A stretch of 64,000 nt of DNA from Prorocentrum cordatum (Eukaryota), in NCBI GenBank assembly GCA_963575745.1, contig CAUYUJ010000048.1:248001-312000 (forward strand). Reading direction: 5' to 3'. The notes beneath the pieces are model-generated. The model ran no database searches, was not told the DNA's origin, and worked only from the letters and a program-made list of their open reading frames with translations. The position numbers and the translations under genes were made by a program. How positions within the stretch are numbered: position 1 is the first letter of the stretch; every line of letters starts with the position of its first letter. Below are positions 38,510 to 49,311 of this stretch, piece by piece.

Positions 38510-39356
38510 AGAACCACCCCCTGTGGTGTCGAGGGAGTGCCACGCCTGCCAGGCTTTGCGAGCCCAGAACGGGTAGGGAGACCACCCCCAACGCATTCCC
38601 TGTGGTTTCGAGGAACTGCCACGCCCGCCACGCTTAGCGAGCCCGAAACGGACACGGAGACCGCCCCCAACGCACTCCCTGTGGTGTCGAGGAAGTGCCA
38701 CGTCTGCCACGCTTTGCGAGCCTGATACGGATACGGAGACCACCCCCAGCGCACCCCCCATGGTGTCGAGGGATTGCCGAGCTTGCCACGCTTGCGAGCC
38801 CGAAACGGATGGGGAGACTACCTCCAGCGTGTTCCCTGTGGTGTCAACGGATTGCCACGCCTGCCATGGTTTGCGTGCCCGAGATGGATAGGGAGATCAC
38901 ACCCAGCGAACCACTTGTGGTGTCGAGGAAATCCACGCCTGCCACGCTTTGCGAGCCCGAAACGGCCTGTGGTGTCGAGGAAATGCCACGCTTGCCACGC
39001 TTTGCGAGCCCGCCCGGGACGGACACGGAGACCGCCCCAAACGCACTCCCTGTGGTGTCGACGAAGTGCCGAGCCTGCCACGATTTGCGAGTCCGAAACG
39101 GATAGGGAGACTACCTCCAGCGTATTCCTTGTGGTGTCGAGGAAGTGCCAAGCTTGCCACGTCAAGCGTGCCACGCCTGTGACGCCTGCCACGCCTTTCG
39201 AATATTGCGCGTAAGTTGTGTGTGGTGTGCGTTTCATGTGTATGATGCGTGTGCGGTTCTATCTGGACGTGTGGCTCGTGTGGGTGCCAAATATGTGGCT
39301 CATACGTCGTGAGTGTATGATGCAGTGAACACGCCATGCGTGCACTGGCGTTGTTG

Positions 39357-39389
<33 letters not shown>

Positions 39390-41390
39390 TGTGTGTGTGT
39401 GTGCGAGTTTGTGCATGCGTGCGGCTGTATGTCGACGCGTGTTTCATGTACGTACCGTGCATGTGTTGCACGATGGTGGGGAGGGGAATTGGGAGGTGGG
39501 AGGAGACGCGGGTGCGACGCGGGTGGGAAGAAAACAAGAGTTCCCACGAAACATGTGGGGAACCAACCGCACAATCACCCGACCGAACAAAGCTTAGTTT
39601 AAGTCTTATGTGCTCGCTTAACATGTTACCATTTACGCGTTATCCAGCGTTACGAACCCTCGTCGAGGATGTCCCCCCCAACTTGTCATCCACCGCACCA
39701 TTGTTTGAACCTCTTTCCTCATCCCCGCCATCTGTCCTCAGCCGAGGGAGTATTCAAAGTGGTCACCGAGGGCCGTGTCCTGGAGCGGCAAGAAGCATTC
39801 AGGCAACACCGCATTTCGGTTTCTCAGGGGGTCCACAGAGGGAGTTTGCGCAAGCCGACCCCCTTTTGCAACGACCCTGGGGAGCCTCCAGAGTGATCCG
39901 TCCTCCCTCGCCCTGCTGCGTGCCGCGTGCAATTTCAGAGTGCCCTCCGTCCAGAGTGGGCAATTTCAGGCGGCCCTGCTGCCCTCCATCCAGAGTGCCC
40001 TCCGTCCAGAGTGCCGCCCTCCTTCCAGAGTGCCGCCCTCCGTCCAGAGTGCCGCCCTCCGTCCAGGCGGCCCTGCTGCCCTCCGTCCAGAGTGCCGCCC
40101 TGCTGCGTGCCGCGTGCCCTCCGTCCAGAGTGGGCAATTCCAGGCGGCACGCGTGCCGCGCGCAGGAAGGCCGGCTGCTGCATCCCACGTGGGAGCACGG
40201 GCGCGCCTGCGGCAGAGCGCGGGAGCGCCGAGGCGGCTCGAGCCCAGGGTGTCTGCAGCCCCGAGCTCTCGCCCGCGCATCCCCCGGCCAGTGCGCGCCC
40301 CTCGGGCGTCCAGGGCAACGCCGAGCCTCGCGCATCGGCCTCCCGCCTGCGCCCGCCCAGCGCCCCCGCCCCTGCGGTGTCGAGGGGCTGCCACGCCCGC
40401 CACGCTTTGCGAGCCCGAAGCGGACAGGGAGACCACACCCAGCGCACCCGCTGTGGTGTCGAGGAAGTGCCACGCCCGCCACGCGTTGCGAGCCCGATAC
40501 GGATAGGGAGACCACCCCCAGCGCACTCCCTGTGGTGTCGAGAAACTGCCACGCCTGCCACGCTCTGCGAGCCCGAAACGGACAGGGAGATTACCTCCAG
40601 CGCACCACCGGTGGTGTCGAGGAAGTGCCACGTCTGCCACGCGTTGCGAGCCCGAAACGGATAGTGTGACCACCCCTAGCGCACTCCCTGTGGTGTCGAG
40701 GAAGTGCCAAGTTTGCCACGCTTTGCGAGTCCGAAACAGATAGGGTGACCACCCCCAGCGCGCTTTTTGTGGCGTCGAGGAAATTCGTCGCCTGCCACGC
40801 TTTGCGAACCCGAAGCGCATAGGGTGACCACCCCCAGCGCACCACCGGTGGTGTCGAGGAAGTGCAAAGCGCGCCACGCTTTGCGAGCCCGAAGCGGACA
40901 GTGAGACCACCCTCAGCGCACCCCCTGTGGTGTCGAGGAAGTGCCACGCCCGCCACGCTTTGCGAGCCCGAAGCGGATACGGAGACCGACCACCCCCAGC
41001 GCACCACCGGTGGTGTCGAGGAAGTGCCACGCTTGCCACGCCCTGCGAATCTTGCGTATGCGTTGTGTGGTGTGCGTATCATGTGTATGATGCGTGTGCG
41101 GCTGTATCTGGACATGTGTCTCATGTGGGTGCCAAGTATGTGGCGCATACGTCGTGGGTGTATGATGCAGTGAACACACCATGCATGCACTGGCGTTGTT
41201 GGAATGCGTGCGTGCGTGTGTGTGTGTGTGTGCGTGTGTGAGAGAGTATGTGCATGCGTGGGGCTGTATGTAGACGCGTGTCTCATGTACGTGCCGTGCA
41301 TGTGCTGCGTGCGGGTGAGGGGAGGAAGAGGAGGCGGAGAAGAGGGGGGTTGGGAGGAGACGCGGGTGCGACGCGGGTGGGAAGGAAACC
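38510..41390. repeat. ~80-bp tandem satellite (TGTGGTGTCGAGGAAGTGCCACG...) in two blocks, each followed by the same ~330-bp GT-rich tail
   Basis: Arrays at 38510-39200 and 40370-41045. Tails at 39205-39530 and 41055-41385 are homologous. An ~18-bp array sits at 39935-40135. Confidence 0.85.
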
Positions 41391-42148
41391 CACAAACCCC
41401 GCGAGTCATGTGGGGGGCATAAGCTTTTAGAGCTCTGCGCGGATGACTTGTAGCCGCGCTGGACCCCCCCCCAGGGGCACGCGCATCGCGCCAGAAGCGG
41501 CGCTGGCGTCGCCGCCAGGGGGCGCCAGCACAGATCCAAGAACGCCGCGCGGAGCTCCAAAAGTTTGATGCTCGTGCCGTCTTTTCTTCCTCTATGGGAA
41601 CACGCCGATCGTTGAAAGTATGGCTTTCTGTACTCCCAGACACTCCCAGACCCCAATCTGCTTTGGCCTCCTCCCTACTTCAAGAGTCGACAGGTTTTCC
41701 CCTTTCCCTCCTCTTTAGGGTGCTGGCGGGAACCCAATCTACTTCCGACGCCCTCCTACTTCATGTTTCTACCCATCTCTTCCCACCGGCGGGTACGTGG
41801 ATGTTGTTCGGGAGGGCCCTTCGTGGGAGAACCCACCGACCTCGACATGAGCACCATGGTTGTGGTTGTGGCCGAGTGGGCCGCCCTGGGACGCCACGCA
41901 AACCACAACTACCACGAAGCTGGTTGCGGTGCTCTGGCAGCTTTCGGGCATGGGCAAGACATCCCTTTTCGCGTTTCTGCCTGTGTTTCTTCTTGTCTCT
42001 TCTTCTTCTTCTTCCGACTGACGGGCACGTGCTTCGGAGCGCCTCCTACACAGACACCTCTCGGGCTGCCGAGCTGTCCTGGCTCCCAACGCGCCCTGCG
42101 CGCCGCGCCGACCTCGCCGCGCCGCGCGCGGGGCCCCCATCGAGGAGC

Positions 42149-45100
42149 ATGGCGGAGCTGGACGGCCCCCTGCCGGATCCCCCCCACGTGCTCCGGGCGC
42201 CCGCGGCACCGGGCGACTTCCTGGGCCCGGCAAGCGTGGGCGATCGGAGAGGAGCAAGCCGGGGGTTCGTAGATCGGGGGCGGAAAAGAGGGGGGTGATG
42301 ACTTTGGGGGGGGGGGGGGATATCATGGCGGGGGGCATGATATTTCCCCAGATCTCATGGCGCCTCTTCTTATTACATTACGTCCCTGGCCCTCCCGCTG
42401 GGCCGCGCACATGCCGCCGGTCATGATTTGCACCCCCCCCCTCTTGGACACCCCCCTCTTTGCCGCCCCCGAGTAGAGGGGGAGTTATCCCCGGACCCTC
42501 TCGGGTCACGAACAAACAATCGCGACGGGGGGCTCTCGCCATGTTCGGCCTCTGGGGGCCCCCTATCGGGCCTCGGGATCGTCAAGAAGCGACTCAGGGT
42601 GAAGGCCGCCCATGGGAAACGGGTCGAGACATTGGGGGTCGACGTCGCGAAAAAATCATGACGCCGGGTGTCTAGGGTTATTCCATTCCCGCTACAGGAA
42701 GCGATCCCATTTGGATGCTCACATGTTCTTCTCCAGGAGCCGTTCAGAGCGATGGTCCTCCCAGCCCCACCTCTGCCCCTACCCCACCTTTGCGCACCCC
42801 CGGACAAGCGGCATTTCACTGAAACCTTCGGAGCTCCGCGCGGACTTCTTTGGTCGGCGCTGGACTCGCCTGGCGGCGCCTCTGGTGCCGCGCGCCAGGT
42901 TGCGGGGGTCCAACGCCGACCCAAGAAATCCGCGCGGAGCTCCTAAGGTTTATGTGTGTGCCCTTCATTGCTCCTCTAGGCGAGTACCTGTCGCTGCTGA
43001 CGGCCGCCGACCAGGAGCACCTGGCCTCCAAGGGCTTCGAGGACTGCGCCGTCAGTGCGTTCGCCGCCGCGGCGGGGACCCAGGAGCGCCTGGGCAGCGG
43101 CGGCGAGCTGGGCACGGCCTTGTGCGCGGCCCTGGGTGCGCTGCCGCAGATGCAGACGGCGATGGCCTCGGAGCTGAAGGCTCCAGCGGCTGCCTCGCAC
43201 CTGCTGGCGGCCTACAGAGCCGAGCTCGACTCCCTGACCGTGGACCGCTTCCCTGACATGGTCCGCTTCGCCCTCGCCTACCGCATCCACTGCTACTTCG
43301 AGACCAGCCGGCTGCAGAAGGTCGAGGTGCACCGGTCGGCGAGTGCTGGGCCGCAGGTGGTCTTCGTGCTCGGCGGGCCCGGCGCTGGCAAGGGCACGCA
43401 GTGCACCCGGATCTCGGAGGCGTTCGGTTTTCACCACCTGAGCGCCGGCGATTTGCTGCGGGAGGAGCGGGCCAGGCCTGGGTCCGAGTACGGTGAGCTG
43501 ATCGAGAGCTACATTCGCGAAGGTAAGCTCGTGCCCGTGGACATCACCGTGAAGCTCCTGGAGGCCGCCATGAAGCAGAGGGGCTGGGCCGACGGCAAGT
43601 TCTTGATAGACGGCTTCCCCCGGAGCAAGGAGAACCTCGAGGGCTGGGACCGCGTCATCGGCGATCAGGCGACCGTGAAGTTCGCGCTCTTCTTCGACCT
43701 GCCCGAGGCCTGCATGGAGGAGCGCCTGCTGGAGCGCGGCAAGACGAGCGGCAGGTCGGACGACAACATCGAGTCCATCCGGAAGCGGTTCCGCACCTTC
43801 CAGCAGGAGTCCGTCCCAGTGGCCGAGCACCTGGCGTCGCGGGACCTCCTCAAGAGGGTCAGCGCGGAGGAGAGCGTCGAGGAGGTCTGGCACAACGTCC
43901 AGGCCATCTTCGGGCCCACTGTGGTCTTCGTCCTTGGCGGGCCCGGCTCCGGCAAGGGTACGTTGTGCTCCCGCATCACCCAGGCCTTCGGCTACGCGCA
44001 CCTGAGCGCTGGGGATCTCCTGCGGGAGGAGCGCCAGAGGCCCAGCTCCGAGTACGGCGAGCTCATCGAAAGCCACATCCGGGAGGGCAAGCTGGTGCCC
44101 GCGGAGATCACGGTGAATCTTCTGCTCCGGAGGATGCGGGAGACCGGCTGGGAGGGCGGCAAGTACCTCGTGGACGGCTTCCCGCGGAGCTCCTCGAACT
44201 TGGAGGCGTGGGAGCAGGCCGTCCAGGGCCGCGTGTTCGTCAAGTTCGGCATCTACCTGGAGTGCAGCATGGGCGCAATGGAGGAGCGCCTGCTGCGTCG
44301 CGGCCAGACGAGCGGCAGGAGCGACGACAACATCGAGGTCATCCGCAAGCGCTTCATGACCTTCCATTCCGAGTCGATGCCCATCGTCGAGAAACTCCAG
44401 GCCGAGGGGATGCTTCGGAAAGTGGACGCGGAGAAGTCGCCGGACGAGGTGTGGAAGCAAGTGCAGCCATTGTTCGGCCCGTCGGTGGTGTTCGTGCTCG
44501 GTGGGCCCGGATCCGGCAAGGGCACGGTCTGCGCGAGGATAGCGGGCACGTTCAATTATCACCACCTGAGCGTTGGAGATCTCTTGCGCGATGAGCGAAA
44601 CCGCCCTGGGTCCAAGTACGGGGAGCTGATCGAGGGCTGCATCCGGGACGGCAAGCTGGTTCCCGTGGAAATAGTGGTGAAGCTCCTTCGCAACGCGATG
44701 TGGGCAAAGGGCTGGGAGCGTGGCAAGTACCTCATCGATGGCTTTCCTCGGAGCGCCGAGAACATGGAGGGCTGGACGAGTGTCGTCGGCGACCAGGTGA
44801 ACGTTCAATTCGCCCTCCACCTGGACGCCACCAGGGAGACCATGGAGGCGCGCATCCTGGAGCGCGGCAAGACGAGCGGGCGGTCCGACGATAATGCTGA
44901 AACCCTCCGGAAGCGCTTCGACACATTCCAGCAGGAGTCGGTCCCAGTACTGCATGCATTCGAGGCGCAAGGAAGGCTGCGCAGGGTCAACTCCGAGAAG
45001 AGCGTCGATGAGGTCTGGCACAGCGCGAAGATGCTGTTCGCGCCCACCGTGATCTTCGTGCTCGGGGGCCCGGGCGCTGGAAAGGGCACGCAGTGCGAGC

Positions 45101-48100
45101 GCATCGCCGGCCAGTTCGGCTTCCACCACTTGAGCGCCGGCGACCTGCTGCGGGCGGAGCGCAAGCGTCCTGGCTCGGAGATGGGGGAGCTGATCGAGGG
45201 CTACATCCGAGATGGGAAGCTGGTGCCCGTGGACATCACGGTGCAGCTGCTGCAGAAGGCCATGGAGGAGCGCGGCTGGGAGGGCGGCAGGTATTTGGTC
45301 GACGGCTTCCCGCGCAGCGCCGACAACATGGAGGGCTGGCAGAGGATCCTCGGGGACAAAGTCAACGTGAAGTTCTGCCTCTTCTTCGAGTGCTCCGAGG
45401 CCACCATGGAACGTCGGCTGCTAGACCGCGGGAAGAGCAGCGGGCGCTCGGACGACAACGCGGCGACCATCCGAAAGCGATTCCAGACCTTCAGCGCGGA
45501 GACGGTGCCGATCGTCGCCCACTTCCAGCAGCAGGGCCGGCTCCGCCGGGTCGACTCGGAGCAGGAAGTGGAGGACGTGTGGGCCAGCGTCCGGGAGGTA
45601 ATGTCCTTCGAGATGAACCCGCACATGCCCAACCAAGCTCTCGTGTTCCTGAAGCCGCACGCGCACAACCCACAGGCCGAGCGCTTCCTGCAGTCCTACC
45701 TCGTGACCCACGGCATCGCGGTTCTCGACCGGGGCGCCGTCTCCGCGAGCGAGCTCGCCGAGCGCGGCCTCTTCGACGCGCACTACTCGCAGCTGGCGGC
45801 CAACGCCTCCGCCGACCCGGGGGCCCTGCAGGTGCCGCCCCGCGGGCAGGAGGCGTTCGAGCAGCGCTTCGGCGTGGCGTGGCACGATGCGGTCGGGTCC
45901 GCCGCCGTCCTGCCCGCGACGGAGGCGGGCGCCAGGCTGCAGATGACCAACCAGCAGCTCCTCGAGGCTCGGGCCGAAGGAAAGGGGGGGGGCTAGGGAA
46001 ACGAAACGGGGGGGGTACGACATCTGCGCTGCATGCGGCCGGTTTGGGCCCCGCCGCCGGGCCCATGCCTCGAGGCGAGGGCGCCTCCCGGCGCCGGGGG
46101 GCGCTGGGAAGATCAGCTGTACGTGAGCTGAGTCTCTACCCTGCCCTCTGCGATCCCCCCCGTTCGTTCCCCCCCGAGAGGCGTGGGACGCAGCAGGGCC
46201 CCTCAAGCTGGCGCCCAGCCTCTACGTCGCCCGCCTGACCTCCCCGGCGGCGCCGCAGGCCGAGGCCTTCGTGGTGAACGCCTTCCTGTGCCAGCAGCGC
46301 GACAGCTTCCTCAAGGGGGGGGAGGGGCTGCTGTGGCTGGTCGTCGAGTTCGACCCCGCCGTGATCTCCTGGGGCAAGTTCCGCTCCGACATCTGCGGCA
46401 GCACCAACCCCTCCAAGGCTCTGGGCCTCCCGGGTGGGGTCGGAGCAGATGGGGTCGGAGGATCGCGCCGCATCGCCGATGCATCGCCGATGCGGACTCG
46501 ATGTGGAGCCCGATGTTCTCCACGCCGACGGCGCCGATGCATCGTCGACGTCGGCGATGCACCGAAGTATCGGCGATTCATGGGCGACAATGCGATGCGA
46601 TTCCCGGACCCCACTTACTCGGAAATCACGTGGGAGGCCTCCAAAGGCTCCCGAGGAGTCCATCCGCGGCCAGTTCTACCGCCACTGGGAGGCGCTCGGC
46701 CTGGACGGGATGCCCTCCACGATGAACAACGCGGTGCACGCGTCGGCCGGGCCCCTCGAGGCGCTGCGGGAGAGGCTGCTGTGGACGGGCGCCAAGCTGG
46801 AGCAGGACCCCCTGGGGCGCAGCCTGCTCGCCGCGGGCGTCCCCCCCGGGACCGTCGAGCTCTGGATGGGCAACCCCGGCGTCGACCGCTGGCCCGACGG
46901 CCTCCGCAGCCAGGGCGGGCCCATCTTCGACTGCACCGAGGATCACCGCGAATAAAAGGAGCCCTCACTGCGGGCAATACTTATGTCTATATCCACTGCA
47001 GTATGGAGTTTCGGGCTCCCTTCCCAAGAAACCCGAGGCGCACTGGATATGGATAAATTTGCCCCCTAGAGGCTCGATTTTTGTCCATATCCAGTGCGCC
47101 TCGGCCTTGTGGCGCCGCTTCCAAAAAAGTCCACGAGGCACTGGATATGCACATGAATCTTGCCCGCACTCACCCCACTTGCACAGTGAAGGCGTGGCAT
47201 CACTGAGGCCCCCGTCTTTGTACATCGGGGTTCTGCAGGAAAGCGAGCCCCGTAAGTATCCCTAGTTGCTCTTTGGCCCCCCTGTCCTGGGTCGCCTCCC
47301 AAGCGGGCTATGGGAGCCTTGTCTGGTGCATCCGAGGACACAGACACCGCCGTGTTCCGCGAGTCCGCGGTCAAGTTTGTGCAGAGGGCGGGCATTCCAC
47401 CCGCCGAGTTCACGCTGCGCACGGTGCCGCGAGTGGACGTCGTGCGCGAGGCCGAGCAGAGGTGCTCGACGCCGTCGCTGCAGGGCTCGCAGAGGCCCAA
47501 GGCAATGACCATCCTCCACTTCAACGACGTATACAACGTTGCGCCGAGGGAGAAAGAGCCCGTCGGCGGGGTTGCCCGCTTCGTCACCCGCGTGCGCGAG
47601 CTCAAGGCCGAGTCCGTCGCCCGCGGCGAGGAGGAGGCCGTGGTGCTGTTCAGCGGCGACGCGTTCAACCCCTCGATGACGTCGACCACGACCTTCGGCA
47701 AGCACATGGTGCCCGCGCTGAATGCCATCGGCATCCACACGGCCTGCTACGGGAATCACGACTTCGACTTCGGCGTCGACAACCTCATCTCCATGGCGTC
47801 GTCGAACAACTTCCCCTGGCTGATCAGCAACGTCACCGACAAGAAGACCGGCCGCCCCCTGGCCGAGGGCCTCACCACGCGCATGCTCGACTTCCATGGC
47901 AGGAAGATCGGCCTCATTGGGCTCGTGGAGAAGGAGTGGCTGGTGACCCTTGCCACCATCGACCCAGACGACGTGGAGTACGAGGACTTCTGCCCCTGCG
48001 CCCGCCGGCTGGCCACCCAGCTGAAGACCCAGCAGGGCGCAGAGATCGTCATAGCGCTGACCCACATGCGAGTACCGAACGACGAGCTGCTCGCCCACGA

Positions 48101-49311
48101 GATCGCCGAGGTTGACATCATCCTCGGTGGCCACGACCACCACTACGACGTCAAGCCCGTGGGGCCGCACGGCACCTACGTGCTGAAGAGCGGCACCGAC
48201 TTCCGGGACATGACCGAGCTGAGGCTGCTGTTCACGGACGATGGGACGGCCAAGCCGTTCAAGGTGTTGCAGCACACGCACGTGGAGATCTTCTCCTCCA
48301 TTACGGAGGACCCGGAGGTGTCGGTCTTCGTCGAGGAGTGCGAGTCCAAAGTGCGAGATGCGATGAACAAGGTCGTCGGCGAGACTGCAGTGGACCTGGA
48401 TTGCCGCTTCTCCTCCATCAGGACGATGGAGACGAACATTGGCAACTTCATCACGGACGTCATGCTGAAGGGCATGAAGGCCGACCTGGCCGTGCTCAAC
48501 AGCGGCACGCTTCGCGCCGACGCCATCATCGAGGCGGGGCCCATAAGGATGAGGGACCTCGTCAACATCCTGCCGATGCTGGACGAGCTGTGCCTGCTGC
48601 AACTCACGGGCGAGCAGATCTTGCAGGTGCTTGAGAATTCTGTCTCTCAGTACCCGAGGCTCGAAGGGCGCTTCGCCCAGGTCAGCGGAGTGACCTTCAC
48701 CTTCGACGCCAAGGGCAGCCCCGGGAGCCGCGTCCTCCGCGACACGGTCAAGATCGGCGGCGCCGCGCTGGAGCACCAGAGGTGCTACAAGCTTTGCACC
48801 AAGGACTACCTGCGGCAGGGCAAGGACGGCTACGACGTCTTCCGGGACGCGGTCTGCCTGGCCGACGGCGAGCAGGCCGGCATCTTGCCCAGCATGGCCA
48901 TCGAAGAAGGAAAATCGGCATACACGTGATTGTTGGCGCTCCGCGCTGATTTCTTAGATCCGTGCTGGGGCCCCCCGGCAGCGCCTCGGGCGCCGCCCCT
49001 GGCGCGCTCCGCGCGCCAGAGAGGGGGTTCTAGCCCAGAGAAGAGAAATCCGCGCGGACCTTCAACAGTTTATGTTTATGCCTTTTTCTTTTCTATAGGT
49101 CAGGGAGCATTTCAAGGCGATCGAGGCCCTGAACGGCGACGCGCCCGAGGCCTCGACGGCCATGGCCGGGCGGGCCCTCAGCAGGCAGGCCAGCAAGCGT
49201 CAGGCGACCATGGACCTGTCCAGGATAGGCGAGGGTCCCGAGTGCACGAAGCGCTTCGCCATAGCCCCGCAGGTCGAGGGCCGAGTGGTGTGCTTGAATC
49301 CGGCGACCTGA
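42149..49311 (+). CDS. Multidomain nucleotide-metabolism fusion protein: N-terminal unknown domain, 4x UMP/CMP kinase, NDP-kinase-like domain, 5'-nucleotidase
   Basis: Exons 42980-45966, 46181-46417, 46647-46940, 47337-48896 and 49099-49311 (TGA) join in frame through GC-AG, GC-AG, GA-AG and GC-AG phase-0 introns. The splices restore motifs (GSTNPSK|APEESIRG; FDCTE|DTD; ILPSM|VREHF...IAPQVEGRV). The putative first exon 42149-42229 (MAELDGP...) and its connection to 42980 are tentative. Confidence 0.8.
42822..42951. mobile_element. MITE family A (palindromic, ~130-170 bp, TIR core GGAG(C/G)TCCGCGCGGATTTCTTGGATCGGCGCTGGAC)
   Basis: ~44-bp imperfect TIRs. Copies at ~41428-41567, 48933-49082, 49655-49790, 50962-51120, 52822-52960, 54490-54610, 57160-57322 and 58335-58460, with partial copies at ~54676 and ~55020. 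Confidence 0.85.
42980..45966 (+). CDS. Exon with four tandem UMP-CMP kinase (adenylate kinase family) domains and the start of the NDK-like domain
   Basis: Four copies of V(V/I)FVLGGPG(A/S)GKGT, HLS(A/V)GDLLR, L(I/V)DGFPRS and GRSDDN..(I/L)RKRF, starting at 43357, 43921, 44485 and 45049. Confidence 0.93.
45631..46940 (+). CDS. Nucleoside-diphosphate-kinase-like domain, split by two introns
   Basis: NQALVFLKPHA, WGKFRSDICGSTNP, SIRG and NNAVHAS (phospho-His position). Confidence 0.8.
45967..46180 (+). mobile_element. Introner-type GC-AG intron (214 nt)
   Basis: AGG TSD, CTCGGG/CCCGAG TIR, homologous to 33854-34057. Removal restores the frame. Confidence 0.8.
46418..46646 (+). mobile_element. 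TE-derived GC-AG intron (229 nt)
   Basis: AAG|GCTC at both junctions and subterminal inverted GGCCTCCC/GGGAGGCC. Homologous sequence occurs at ~54082-54283 and ~56860-57012. Confidence 0.75.
46941..47336 (+). other. GA-AG intron (396 nt) joining the NDK-like and 5'-nucleotidase exons
   Basis: CCGAG|GA at both junctions, phase 0. Internal inverted repeats include CCGAGGCGCACTGGATATGGA / TCCATATCCAGTGCGCCTCGG. Confidence 0.7.
47337..49311 (+). CDS. 5'-nucleotidase (metallophosphoesterase N-domain plus 5'-nucleotidase C-domain); exons 47337-48896 and 49099-49311
   Basis: ILHFNDVY, FSGDAF, GNHDFDFG, IALTH, ILGGHDH, RTMETNIGN, NSGTLR, LENSVS, GRFAQVSG, YLRQGKDGY and IAPQVEGRV. Confidence 0.93.
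48897..49098 (+). other. GC-AG intron (202 nt) consisting essentially of a family-A MITE
   Basis: ATG|GC...TTTTCTATAG|GTC. Inverted symmetry extends nearly to both splice sites. Confidence 0.75.

Noticed and set aside
42976..48776. Long minus-strand ORFs (717 aa and 504 aa)
   Set aside because: Antisense to the strongly GC3-biased kinase and nucleotidase exons.
47310..48929. Stand-alone 539-aa 5'-nucleotidase gene
   Set aside because: Its ATG lies within the predicted GA-AG intron, its stop lies within a MITE intron, and the conserved C-terminal PQVEGR is in a downstream exon. Fusion is the better model, though unproven without cDNA.
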